The notes under the pieces were generated by a model that did no database searches, was not told the DNA's origin, and was given only the letters and a program-made list of their open reading frames with translations. From an uncultured virus (IMG/VR IMGVR_UViG_3300025691_000004) (Duplodnaviria > Heunggongvirae > Uroviricota > Caudoviricetes), in IMG/VR virus record IMGVR_UViG_3300025691_000004: a DNA stretch of 20,000 nt; one strand, given 5' to 3'. Positions 7,800-15,959 of this stretch are shown piece after piece; position 1 is the stretch's first letter, and every line of letters begins with the position of its first letter. The position numbers and the translations under genes are program-made.

Positions 7800-9610
7800 A
7801 AGTGCGAGATGTTGGCTGAAGCCTGCTTCAGCTCGCGTACCACGTGCGTGAAGCTCTCACGGCTGTCCAGCAGCATGTAGACCTGGCTGTGGTTGGCGTG
7901 GTAGAGGTTCACGAAGTTCTCCTTGTTCGAGCCAGCCACAATGTCGGTGTCGGTCATGATCACGACGTTGTACTTCTCGCGCAGAAACTCCTGAAGCTTG
8001 GCGACCAGGTCCGCATCGAAGTTGGTGCCGCCGCCGACGTGGCGTGACATCAGGCTCGAGAGGTCGATATTGGCACCGCCAGCTGAGCCGCGCATTCCCT
8101 CAACGCCCTTGATCTCGATTGCCGAGCCCTTGTTGCCGGCCGAGATGGTGCAGCGGTAAACATGGAAGTTGCTTGAGAACTCGACGATGGCGAACGTCTT
8201 TGAGACTGCAGTGCCGTTCTCCTTGAAGAGCTTGTTCAGCTCAGCGAACGTCTTTAGGATGGCGTTGTGCATCGAGCCTGAGCTGTCGATGACGAGGCAC
8301 ATCTTCACGAGGTTGGCTGGAACTTCCTTCTCACCAGGACGGATGACGCCAGCACCGGTTTGAGCGGCGACGTGCACGCCAGTGATGTTGCGGCGGTGGA
8401 CCTTCTGGTAGGTAACCTCAGTCGTGTCAGCTGAGCGCACGAGGCGGTCGAGCAGCTGCTTCCAGTTGAAGCGCGGCTTGATGGACTTCCAGTCAACTGC
8501 GGTCGGCGTCAGGTCGTGGCGGCCACCAGGACCGCCCTGGTCGGCCTTGGCGGACGGCTTGTCGTTCTTGTTGGGGTCGTACTCGGCGCCCTCTTGCTTC
8601 TTGCCGGCCTTCTGTGAAGCCTTCTTACCGGCTTCCTCCAGCTCCTCCTCGGTTGGCTCACCTTGGTGGGCAGGCACCGGCTGCTTGGGGCCGTCGAAGA
8701 AGTCGTGGCTGTCGCCCATGCCGCTCATCAGCTTCTTGATAAGCTTCTGCAGGGGAGGCGTGAGCTTGTCGAACTCGTTCTTCACCAGGTCGTACATCTC
8801 CTTGTACGTCTTCTGGCGGTCGTAGTTGATGTGGTCGTTGTAGAGGCCGTTCTTGTACGGCTCGTGGCCTGCCTTGACGAGGTCGTAGTTCGAGCGGAAG
8901 TCGCCGACCCAGTTGATGATGGTCGGATCGCCCTTCAGGATCTTCTGGTAGTGGAAGTCCGCGTGCGTGTAGTGGAAGAACTCGTGCAGCACCGTGAACT
9001 CCACGATGCACCACTCGTCTGGGAACTCGCCGCCGTTGCTCTTGTACTTCTTGGACTTGGGCTTGATGCCGGTGACGTAGGCCCAGTTCATGTCCTTCTG
9101 CATGCACTTCGTGTTGAAGATGAACTCGCCGGTCGGGGTGGCGGCAGCGGTCTCAACGCTGTTCCACTTCTCATCGGCCTTGTCCTTGGTTGGAACGAGG
9201 ATGATGCGAGGTGAGGCAAGCGGCTTCTTGTCGATGAAGTTGCGCAGCGGGAAGATGGACGGGTTCTCGGCCTTGATGCGACGGATTAGAGCTGAGAACG
9301 TGACAGGGTCAAACTCAGCGCAGCCCTTCGGGATGCCCACGTTGAAGTGCTTGTAGACGGCGTTGGCAGCCGCGTCCTGGGCGATGGTGTCGTACAGGAG
9401 CGGTGACTTCTTCTGCAGCTCCGCAACCTCTTCCATCTCCTTCTGGATGTCGGCCTGCAGGGTGGCCGCCTTCTTGGCGTCACCATGCTTGGCGAGGTAC
9501 GCGATAGCCGCCTGAACGGTTGGGTCGGTCAGCTGCGACTTCGGCGAAACGGTGCCAGCGGCCCGCTTGCGGTTGTCGATCTTGACCGCGTCTACTTCGT
9601 GGAGGTCCAT
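7796..9610 (-). CDS. HEXXH metallopeptidase-like domain + linker + vWA (MIDAS) domain protein, DUF2201-like architecture (604 aa)
   Basis: TAAATPTGEFIFN...VLHEFFHYTHADF...INWVGDFRSNYDL, then a charged low-complexity linker and 'NWKQLL'. The vWA domain has a complete MIDAS (VIDSSGSM, GGGTNF, IMTD). Confidence 0.85.
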   Translation of the reverse strand: MDLHEVDAVKIDNRKRAAGTVSPKSQLTDPTVQAAIAYLAKHGDAKKAATLQADIQKEMEEVAELQKKSPLLYDTIAQDAAANAVYKHFNVGIPKGCAEFDPVTFSALIRRIKAENPSIFPLRNFIDKKPLASPRIILVPTKDKADEKWNSVETAAATPTGEFIFNTKCMQKDMNWAYVTGIKPKSKKYKSNGGEFPDEWCIVEFTVLHEFFHYTHADFHYQKILKGDPTIINWVGDFRSNYDLVKAGHEPYKNGLYNDHINYDRQKTYKEMYDLVKNEFDKLTPPLQKLIKKLMSGMGDSHDFFDGPKQPVPAHQGEPTEEELEEAGKKASQKAGKKQEGAEYDPNKNDKPSAKADQGGPGGRHDLTPTAVDWKSIKPRFNWKQLLDRLVRSADTTEVTYQKVHRRNITGVHVAAQTGAGVIRPGEKEVPANLVKMCLVIDSSGSMHNAILKTFAELNKLFKENGTAVSKTFAIVEFSSNFHVYRCTISAGNKGSAIEIKGVEGMRGSAGGANIDLSSLMSRHVGGGTNFDADLVAKLQEFLREKYNVVIMTDTDIVAGSNKENFVNLYHANHSQVYMLLDSRESFTHVVRELKQASANISHF

Positions 9611-9611
9611 G

Positions 9612-12224
9612 TCAGAGGTTCTTGATGAAGGCGCTCATTGTGCGGCTGAAAGCCATGACGTCCATGACGGCATCGGAGTTCTTCTCGGTGATCTGGATCA
9701 GCGCCTCGCGGAGCGAGAGCTTCACCATCTCGATCATCTTGTTCGAGATGTCGTGCAGCTTGAGAGCGTGCAGGATTTCGCGAGCGATGAACTCAAGGCG
9801 GGCAACTTCCTTTTCGGTGACCTTCGTCTTAGTGCCCTTCAGTTCCTTCAGCTTGTGGGTCTTGTCGAACGCCTTGTGCGCGTCCTGAACCACCTGCGTC
9901 ACCAGGAACTCGGTGAGCTGCTCCTTGAACTCGACTGGGTCAACGGACTGGATGTAGTTCGTGAACTCGAGGTCGTTGAAGAGGTCGTCATCCATCTTCT
10001 CGAACGGCTTGGCCAGCAGGCTCGAGAGCGACTTCACGCTCTCAACCTTCTTCTTGAAGGCATCACCCAGCGAGAACTTGTCGGTCACCTTGAACCACTC
10101 ATCGAGGTCGCCCATCCACTCAGGAGCATCGATGCCGTGCTTGTGGTGGAGGATGTACTGCAGCGAGTGCTTGTACGAACGGGCGATGGCGTCGCGGACC
10201 TTGTCTTCCGACTGGCCAGCATCGTGCTCAGGGTCGTTGATCATCTTCTCCATCTCGCGCTGGTAGGCGCGGTCGATGGCGACAGCGGTGTTCGTCAGCA
10301 GGTCGTGGTACTCACGGCCAGAGATGTAGACCGGGGTGGCAGCAACGTTGAGGTAGAAGTGCGGGTCAACGTTGTCAATCTTCTCACCCTTGACACGGAA
10401 GTGCTCAGTAAACGCGCGCAGCACGTCCATAGCGATCGCGCGAGCTTCAGGAGAGACGCCCATCTTCGCCATGGCTGGCTCGACGTTCTTCTCCAGGTGG
10501 CCCTTGAACTTCTCATGACGCACACCGACTGGGATGACGTCGAAGACGTCGCGCACGTGCTTCGTCAGCTCAACCACGCCCTTGCCGGTCGGGTTGATGG
10601 CGGCAACAACGACTGCCTCCTTCGGCAGCTTGTACTCGTGCGTGAACTCCTTTTCGAGGAGCACCTTGCGGATGGCGTTGAAGACCTTCGTGTTCGTGCG
10701 GTTCAGCTCGTCGAAGAAGATCATGTACTTGACCGGCGACTTCTGCCAGGCAGCGAACTTCGCCTCGCCTGCTTCCTTGCCGTCGAGCTTGATGAGGCGC
10801 TCCTTGAGGTTGGCCTCACCCTTCTTCATCTCGTTCTGGATGTAGTCGTACAGCGGCGGACGAGCGAACGTTACCTCGATGTTGGTGTCGTCATCGTCGG
10901 CTTCCACGATGAGGCTCTCGGCCGTCACCTTCTTGGCAGGTGCAGCGCCCTTCTTCGTGGTCTTGGCGAGCGGAACGCCGATGACTTCTTCAGGCGACAG
11001 GTTCTGAACGTCGATGACGATCGGAACGAGGTTGAGGTCGGTGGCGATCTCGTGGATGTAGCGCGTCTTACCGGCACCTGGCTTGCCGCCGATGACCGGG
11101 ATGTACTTGCGTGCCTCGCCTGCCTTGATGCGCGTTTCGATCTGGTGCTTGAGGATGTCGCGCCAGTCACCTTCGTCGACGTTGGCCTCCGAGGCGGTGA
11201 TCTTCGACTTCTCCTTGATCAGCTCCTGCACCGTCTTCAGCACGTCCTTGGCGATCTCGGCCTTGGCACCGTCCTGGTAGTTCTTGAAGTTGACCTCGAC
11301 GTTCTTCATCAGCAGGTCGGCGTCGCGCTGGTCCTTGACCGGCAGGGCGGCGTTGATGTAGACGAGCAGCTGTTCCCAGCGACGCGGAGAGACGCGCACG
11401 TCGGCCTCGAGGTCGTCCAGCGACAGCGAGCCCTTGTGCTTCTTCATCAGCTCGTAGAAGCGGCTGATGAGGTCGTCATCCATCTTGCCCTTGTACTTCG
11501 TGAGGATGTACGCGAACCACTCGTCGAGCGACGGCGTGTCGAAGTTGATCATGCGAAAGTCCTCGTTCTCGAGGATGTCACCGACACCCTGGTCAACGAG
11601 GTTGGAGGCGAACAGCACGTACACGTTCGACGGCAGCTCGTGCGCGCCGATGCGGCCGTTCAGGATCGAGCGCAGCATGTTGCGGATCGAGGAGCTGGTC
11701 TGACGGAAGTACTCGTCAAGGAACAGCACCACGTCGTAGCGCTGGCGCAGCTTGACGATCTCGCCAGGGATCTTCTTGTCCGTGCCGCCCAGCTTCTCCC
11801 AGATCAGCTTGAGGTCTGGGCGCTTTGCGATGCCAGCGAGCAGCTGCGCGTCTGGGATCTTGGTAGCCTGCGTGAGAGCCGAGTGCAGGTTCGACTTGGC
11901 GAACTTGATGTCGAACTCGTGCTGACCACCCTTGGTGTCCACGGTCATGTGCTTCGTCTCGGTCGAGTTGGCCTTGACGACGATGAACGGGATGTCGATG
12001 ATGTGCTCTTCGACGATGTGCGGCGTTTCGATGATGACCATCTCAAGACCGAGCAGCGCGCAGAAGTCACGCACGAACGACGTCTTGCCGACGCCGGTGT
12101 CGCCACCAAGCAGGTAGCCGGCCTGCGAGAGACCCGCTGCCTTCACGTGCATGTTGTCGAAGATGTGCTCGATGGTCTGGATCTTGCCATCCAGGTTGAG
12201 CGAGGATACGTCCAGCTTCTTCAT
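9612..12224 (-). CDS. Tandem double-domain MoxR-like AAA+ ATPase (870 aa)
   Basis: Module 1: GDTGVGKT, VLFLDEYFR, FASN, SPRRWE. Module 2: GKPGAGKT, IFFDELNR, AAINP, SGREY. It lies 1 nt upstream of the vWA gene, the usual MoxR partner. Confidence 0.88.
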   Translation of the reverse strand: MKKLDVSSLNLDGKIQTIEHIFDNMHVKAAGLSQAGYLLGGDTGVGKTSFVRDFCALLGLEMVIIETPHIVEEHIIDIPFIVVKANSTETKHMTVDTKGGQHEFDIKFAKSNLHSALTQATKIPDAQLLAGIAKRPDLKLIWEKLGGTDKKIPGEIVKLRQRYDVVLFLDEYFRQTSSSIRNMLRSILNGRIGAHELPSNVYVLFASNLVDQGVGDILENEDFRMINFDTPSLDEWFAYILTKYKGKMDDDLISRFYELMKKHKGSLSLDDLEADVRVSPRRWEQLLVYINAALPVKDQRDADLLMKNVEVNFKNYQDGAKAEIAKDVLKTVQELIKEKSKITASEANVDEGDWRDILKHQIETRIKAGEARKYIPVIGGKPGAGKTRYIHEIATDLNLVPIVIDVQNLSPEEVIGVPLAKTTKKGAAPAKKVTAESLIVEADDDDTNIEVTFARPPLYDYIQNEMKKGEANLKERLIKLDGKEAGEAKFAAWQKSPVKYMIFFDELNRTNTKVFNAIRKVLLEKEFTHEYKLPKEAVVVAAINPTGKGVVELTKHVRDVFDVIPVGVRHEKFKGHLEKNVEPAMAKMGVSPEARAIAMDVLRAFTEHFRVKGEKIDNVDPHFYLNVAATPVYISGREYHDLLTNTAVAIDRAYQREMEKMINDPEHDAGQSEDKVRDAIARSYKHSLQYILHHKHGIDAPEWMGDLDEWFKVTDKFSLGDAFKKKVESVKSLSSLLAKPFEKMDDDLFNDLEFTNYIQSVDPVEFKEQLTEFLVTQVVQDAHKAFDKTHKLKELKGTKTKVTEKEVARLEFIAREILHALKLHDISNKMIEMVKLSLREALIQITEKNSDAVMDVMAFSRTMSAFIKNL

Positions 12225-12232
12225 GAATGGTC

Positions 12233-12511
12233 TCAGTCGTATTGGCGGATCTTGCGGTGCACGTGCGGGCTGGACTTCTCAACTTGAGCCAGCGCGAAGT
12301 CGCGGTGGGCCTGCTCCTTGTCAGAGAGGTCCACCTTGATCTCTGGATCTACGACCTTCTTCTTGGCCTCGATCACTGGAGCGGCAGGCTCTTCGAGTGA
12401 TTGTACCACAGTCGGTGCGGAAGGTACAACCTGTGCCAGCGCTCGGCCGAGGTCGCGGACTGCGTTTCCTTCCTCGGAGGCGGGCTTGGTAACGAAATGG
12501 TGGAGCTTCAT
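12233..12511 (-). CDS. Hypothetical protein (92 aa), first gene of the minus-strand operon
   Basis: Ends 8 nt before the AAA+ start. Lies about 32 nt downstream of GTAAATA. Confidence 0.7.
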   Translation of the reverse strand: MKLHHFVTKPASEEGNAVRDLGRALAQVVPSAPTVVQSLEEPAAPVIEAKKKVVDPEIKVDLSDKEQAHRDFALAQVEKSSPHVHRKIRQYD

Positions 12512-12542
12512 GAGCGGTCCCGGTGCGTGAAGTGCTACACCC

Positions 12543-12549
12543 TATTTAC
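12543..12549 (-). promoter_or_regulatory. Putative late promoter GTAAATA
   Basis: TATTTAC on the + strand. The same heptamer lies 24-32 nt upstream of all three minus-strand units and resembles T4 late TATAAATA. Confidence 0.55.
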
Positions 12550-12572
12550 GCCACCGGTCGATAGATACCTGC

Positions 12573-12980
12573 ATGGACATCAAGCAGCGTGAGGCTCTCA
12601 TTGAGCAGGCGGAGTTGGCCTACATCGATCTGATGGGCCAGCTCGATCACCTGTTCGAGTGCGCCAACTTCTATCTTCAGCGCTACCCATCCTTCACGCT
12701 CTCGGAGGATCGAAAGCAGCTGGAGCTGAAGCGCACCGTAGAGGAGCTCGGAACCCTTCCAACGCAGCTCGCTGATGTCATCAAGAAGTGGAAGACGGGA
12801 CAGCCGCAGCTGCTCAGCCCGCACGGCGTTGAGATCCACCTGCTGAACGAGATCTGGGTTAACGTGCAGGCGCTCGTCTACTTCTTCATCAGCCACGAGA
12901 TCGACCTTTACCCCTTCCGCGTCTCTCGTGCCAAGGTTGCCTTCCAGGCCCTCGTGCAGGCCAACCGGCTGATCGTGTAA
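12573..12980 (+). CDS. Hypothetical protein (135 aa)
   Basis: ORF divergent from the minus-strand operon, with normal codon bias. No clear RBS. Confidence 0.7.
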   Translation: MDIKQREALIEQAELAYIDLMGQLDHLFECANFYLQRYPSFTLSEDRKQLELKRTVEELGTLPTQLADVIKKWKTGQPQLLSPHGVEIHLLNEIWVNVQALVYFFISHEIDLYPFRVSRAKVAFQALVQANRLIV

Positions 12981-13023
12981 CCTGCGCCCGCAGGTGTACA
13001 TTTCCGAGCTCTGGGTGTAAAAT
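12976..13023 (+). promoter_or_regulatory. Putative promoter GTGTAC-N18-TAAAAT with upstream TGTAAC and hairpin
   Basis: TGTAAC 12976-12981, inverted repeat ACCTGCG-cc-CGCAGGT, GTGTAC 12994-12999, TAAAAT 13018-13023. Confidence 0.6.
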
Positions 13024-13073
13024 AGACCTGCCTGCGATGAGTGGGCAACCATCAACTTCTCGGAGAACGAGCC

Positions 13074-13916
13074 ATGTCAAGCACTGACAAGACGTCCCTT
13101 GGGGACCGCATGAAGGCCTACGAGGCCCCATCCACGACGCGCAAGGCGTTCAAAGGACAACCGCTGGTGGTCCGCCTGGATGGCAAATCCTTCCACACCT
13201 GGACCAAGGGCCTGCAGCGCCCCTTCGATGCTCGCCTGCAGGGCATCATGAGGAAGGTGACCGAAGCGCTGGTCGAGCGCTTTCAACCGCTGGTCGGCTA
13301 CACGCAGTCGGACGAGATCACGCTCGTCTGGTACAGCGCGCCGCATGAGACGACCGAGTACCCGTTCGACGGTCGGTTCCAGAAGCTGGAGAGCCTGACG
13401 GCGGCGTACGCCACGGCCGTGTTCAACCACCTGGTGCCGCAGTTCATCCCTGAGAAGGCTCCCTTCCTGGCGATGTTCGACAGCCGCGCCTTCGTGGTGC
13501 CGACGCTGAAGGAAGCCTACCATGCCATCCTGTGGCGGCAGCAGGACGCGACGAAGAACGCCATCTCGATGGCCGCTCATTCCATGTTCTCGCACTCCAG
13601 CCTGCAGGGCCTGCACGGCGCTCAGATGCAGGAGAAGATGTGGGCTGAGAAGGGCGTGAACTTCAACGACTACCCGGCCGTCTTCAAGCGGGGCATCTTC
13701 GTGAAGCGGTTCAAGGTCGAGAAGCAGTTCACGCCTGAGGAGCTGGCTCGGATCCCCGAGATGCACCGTCCCACTGGCCCGGTCATGCGCACCGTGGTGG
13801 AAGCCATGGACGTCTGGCTGAGCAAGGAGGATGACCCGATGGCGGTTCTCTTCGGCGACGCCATGCCGAAGACGTACACCCAGGAGCTCCTGGAGACCGC
13901 GGATACGGGCGAGTGA
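13074..13916 (+). CDS. thg1: tRNA(His) guanylyltransferase Thg1-like protein (TLP; 3'-5' nucleotidyltransferase)
   Basis: Family motifs LGDRMKAYE, VRLDGKSFH, YTQSDEI (catalytic carboxylates), GRFQKL, FDSR, WRQQDATKN and G-VNFNDYP-x-x-FKRG. GGAG RBS precedes ATG 13074. Confidence 0.92.
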   Translation: MSSTDKTSLGDRMKAYEAPSTTRKAFKGQPLVVRLDGKSFHTWTKGLQRPFDARLQGIMRKVTEALVERFQPLVGYTQSDEITLVWYSAPHETTEYPFDGRFQKLESLTAAYATAVFNHLVPQFIPEKAPFLAMFDSRAFVVPTLKEAYHAILWRQQDATKNAISMAAHSMFSHSSLQGLHGAQMQEKMWAEKGVNFNDYPAVFKRGIFVKRFKVEKQFTPEELARIPEMHRPTGPVMRTVVEAMDVWLSKEDDPMAVLFGDAMPKTYTQELLETADTGE

Positions 13917-13927
13917 TGTGGCCTAAG

Positions 13928-13950
13928 CCCAGGGACCGGGTGTCCCTGGG
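13928..13950 (+). terminator. GC-rich hairpin after thg1 (possible terminator or stabiliser)
   Basis: CCCAGGGAC-cgggt-GTCCCTGGG, a 9-bp perfect stem 11 nt after the stop. It lacks a U-tract. Confidence 0.4.
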
Positions 13951-13964
13951 TGTCACCGGCTCGG

Positions 13965-14015
13965 AGTGTAACGGTTACACTTCTGTCAACACGAGATCCG
14001 TGCTTGATGTAGAAT
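13965..14015 (+). promoter_or_regulatory. Palindrome AGTGTAAC-G-GTTACACT plus possible -10 (TAGAAT)
   Basis: Perfect 8-bp inverted repeat at 13965-13981 containing the TGTAAC/GTTACA core. TAGAAT at 14010-14015. The -35 is unclear. Confidence 0.45.
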
Positions 14016-14043
14016 GCAATCACGGTCAACAAGAAGCTGCAAC

Positions 14044-14199
14044 ATGGACCCCTTGTCGAACTTCAGTATCTGGCTCGGCGACAGCATCGTGAACACGGTG
14101 ACCTTCTGGCGGAAGATGATCCCGCTGAAGATCGAAGCCGCGTGGATCGAGTTTCAGCTCATCCTCGTGGACATCGAGCTCGCCTGGCGAACCCGCTGA
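14044..14199 (+). CDS. Small hypothetical protein (51 aa)
   Basis: ATG 14044 lies downstream of a promoter-like site and the ORF abuts the convergent gene exactly. RBS is weak. Confidence 0.5.
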   Translation: MDPLSNFSIWLGDSIVNTVTFWRKMIPLKIEAAWIEFQLILVDIELAWRTR

Positions 14200-14670
14200 T
14201 CAGCTCTTGCGGTAGCGGTCGTCGTTCCAGTTAAAGCCGCCCTTGGCGTTGAAGTCATGGGTGCCGAGCGTACCGTACGTGCCTTGAGTTCCGCCGCTGC
14301 CCTTTGGGGCACGTTTGATGGAACCCTGCTCATCACGCCGTGCCTTTGACGAACCCTCATCGTCGGCCTGATTGACTGCCTGAGCGTGACGCTCCTTGGA
14401 GGTTGCGACCTTCTCACGGTCGGCCTTGATCTTCTGCCAACGGGCCAGGGCCTGCTGAGCGAGGTTGTTCTTCTTGTCGGCAAGCAGCTTGAGGCCGCGC
14501 TCAGCGGTCATGCGAACCTTCGGGTCCTTGGAGGCGAGCAGCTGGTTGTACTCCTTGGCGCGCTCATCGTCTGACTTGCCGAAGAGGCCTTCCTCGAGGG
14601 AGGCAAACTCCTCGTCGCTCAGGTCGGCGGCGCTCTGGAGCTGATGGAACTGCTTGAATGAGAGGGACAT
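14200..14670 (-). CDS. Charged Lys-rich protein, possibly an internal head protein (156 aa)
   Basis: GAGG RBS and GTAAATA ~30 nt upstream. The N-terminus MSLSFKQF...SLEEGLFG resembles the 'SFKxF...LxE' propeptides of T4-type internal proteins (inference). Confidence 0.7.
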   Translation of the reverse strand: MSLSFKQFHQLQSAADLSDEEFASLEEGLFGKSDDERAKEYNQLLASKDPKVRMTAERGLKLLADKKNNLAQQALARWQKIKADREKVATSKERHAQAVNQADDEGSSKARRDEQGSIKRAPKGSGGTQGTYGTLGTHDFNAKGGFNWNDDRYRKS

Positions 14671-14699
14671 GTGGAACCTCAGATGGGGTCGTTTCCGGG

Positions 14700-14706
14700 T
14701 ATTTAC
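14700..14706 (-). promoter_or_regulatory. Putative late promoter GTAAATA
   Basis: TATTTAC at 14700-14706, 30 nt upstream of ATG 14670. Confidence 0.55.
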
Positions 14707-14789
14707 AGGTCCGGGCGATAACCTGAAGCTTCCCGGTGGCTGATAGATAGCGTGTTACAATCAGCTCACAACGGTACCTCCATCACCCC

Positions 14790-15146
14790 ATGAAGCAACG
14801 ACAGTTCATCAAGGTGGTCGGCACCTCCATCACCGGAGTGGATGGAGGTCGCCTTGAGACCACGCTCGGCCGCGGCATCGTCAACCTGAAACGCGGGCAG
14901 ACCCTCATCGACTTCGTAACGGAGTTCCTCAACGAGCGCGGCATCAAGTCGTTCTCGCTGAACGAGCGCGGTGAAGGAACCTGGGCCACCACGCCCATGA
15001 TGTTCTTGAACGAGGAACCAAAGCGCGTCGTCACCTACAGCTTCACCGTGTTCCCGCAGGATGACCTCGGCTTTCACGCCAAGGACCTGTCGGCCGCTGA
15101 ACTTCAGCGCGACATGAAGAAGCTCATGAAGCTCGTCTATGGCTAA
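14790..15146 (+). CDS. Hypothetical protein (118 aa)
   Basis: ORF with normal codon bias, overlapping the next gene by 8 nt. Confidence 0.7.
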   Translation: MKQRQFIKVVGTSITGVDGGRLETTLGRGIVNLKRGQTLIDFVTEFLNERGIKSFSLNERGEGTWATTPMMFLNEEPKRVVTYSFTVFPQDDLGFHAKDLSAAELQRDMKKLMKLVYG

Positions 15147-15753
15147 GTTCCACATCCCCCTCTCAGGCGCCCAGGGCGGCGGTAAGACGTCGCTACTCGC
15201 TGAGCTGAAGCTGCGCGGCTACCACGTCGATGACTTCCGCGTTTCCCGCGCGGTCCAGAAGCAGCTTGGCTGGGAAAGCCTCGACCGCGTCATGGACAGC
15301 CCGCGAACGATGATGGAGTTCCAGGACGAGGTCTTCAACCAGAAGTACCAGAACGACCATGCCCTGCACGTCCAGTCCAACGTCTACACCCTGATGGAGC
15401 GGTCGTTCGCTGACATCGCGGCGTACACCATGACGTGGATGTGGAAGTTCGTCGACCGCGGCGACATCGAGCTGAGCGAGGCCATCGCGTGGCTGAAGCC
15501 GTACTGCAAGCGGTGCGCCGATGCCCAGCGCGAGGTGTACGACGCGGTGATCATCCTTCCGATGATGTCACACGTCATCTTCGAGGCCGACCCGCACCGC
15601 GCCAAGAAGGAGGACGTCGAGGCTGTCTTCGAGAACCTCGAGCGGTTCATGGAGCAGCGCGACTTCATCAGCTTCCCCAAGCTCACCATCACGGCCAAGT
15701 CCATCAGCGAACGCGCTGACCAGGTCGAGGCCTTCCTGAGGGGATTGAAGTGA
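15139..15753 (+). CDS. P-loop nucleotide kinase-like protein (NadR/Ttd14 AAA_28-like)
   Basis: N-terminal Walker A LSGAQGGGKTSL, 'ERSFAD-x-x-AY' motif, 'YDAVIILP' and 'EADPHR'. This is the NMP/deoxynucleoside-kinase-fold pattern. Confidence 0.8.
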   Translation: MAKFHIPLSGAQGGGKTSLLAELKLRGYHVDDFRVSRAVQKQLGWESLDRVMDSPRTMMEFQDEVFNQKYQNDHALHVQSNVYTLMERSFADIAAYTMTWMWKFVDRGDIELSEAIAWLKPYCKRCADAQREVYDAVIILPMMSHVIFEADPHRAKKEDVEAVFENLERFMEQRDFISFPKLTITAKSISERADQVEAFLRGLK

Positions 15754-15959
15754 CTGATCAACTTTCTACTATCGAAGAAGTTCATGCTTGGCTTCTAGAC
15801 AATAGGTTGCCCAATGCTGTGGTAAGCTTCTTATATCAATCTGGTAGAAAGGCAGCATCATGGGAAATTTTGGGAGGCCATGATCCCCTTAGCGTTATAC
15901 AGGACGCTGAGAATGCAATCGTACCCCGTCGAACCACCGCCCGTCCCTCCGACAGATAG
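15750..15959 (+). CDS. Low-GC small hypothetical protein (69 aa), probably acquired with the endonuclease
   Basis: GTG start overlaps the kinase stop (GTGA), with a GAGGGGA RBS. Bases 15751-15870 are about 40% GC by hand count. It overlaps the HNH 3' end by 65 nt. Confidence 0.45.
   Translation: MTDQLSTIEEVHAWLLDNRLPNAVVSFLYQSGRKAASWEILGGHDPLSVIQDAENAIVPRRTTARPSDR

Noticed and set aside
9552..12287. 911-aa plus-strand ORF
   Set aside because: Antisense shadow of the double AAA+ gene. It has no motifs and a V/L/D/R-rich composition typical of the reverse frame in high-GC3 genes.
13917..14043. tRNA gene beside thg1
   Set aside because: No cloverleaf, no T-loop GTTCRA and no acceptor stem were found; only a hairpin and a palindrome.
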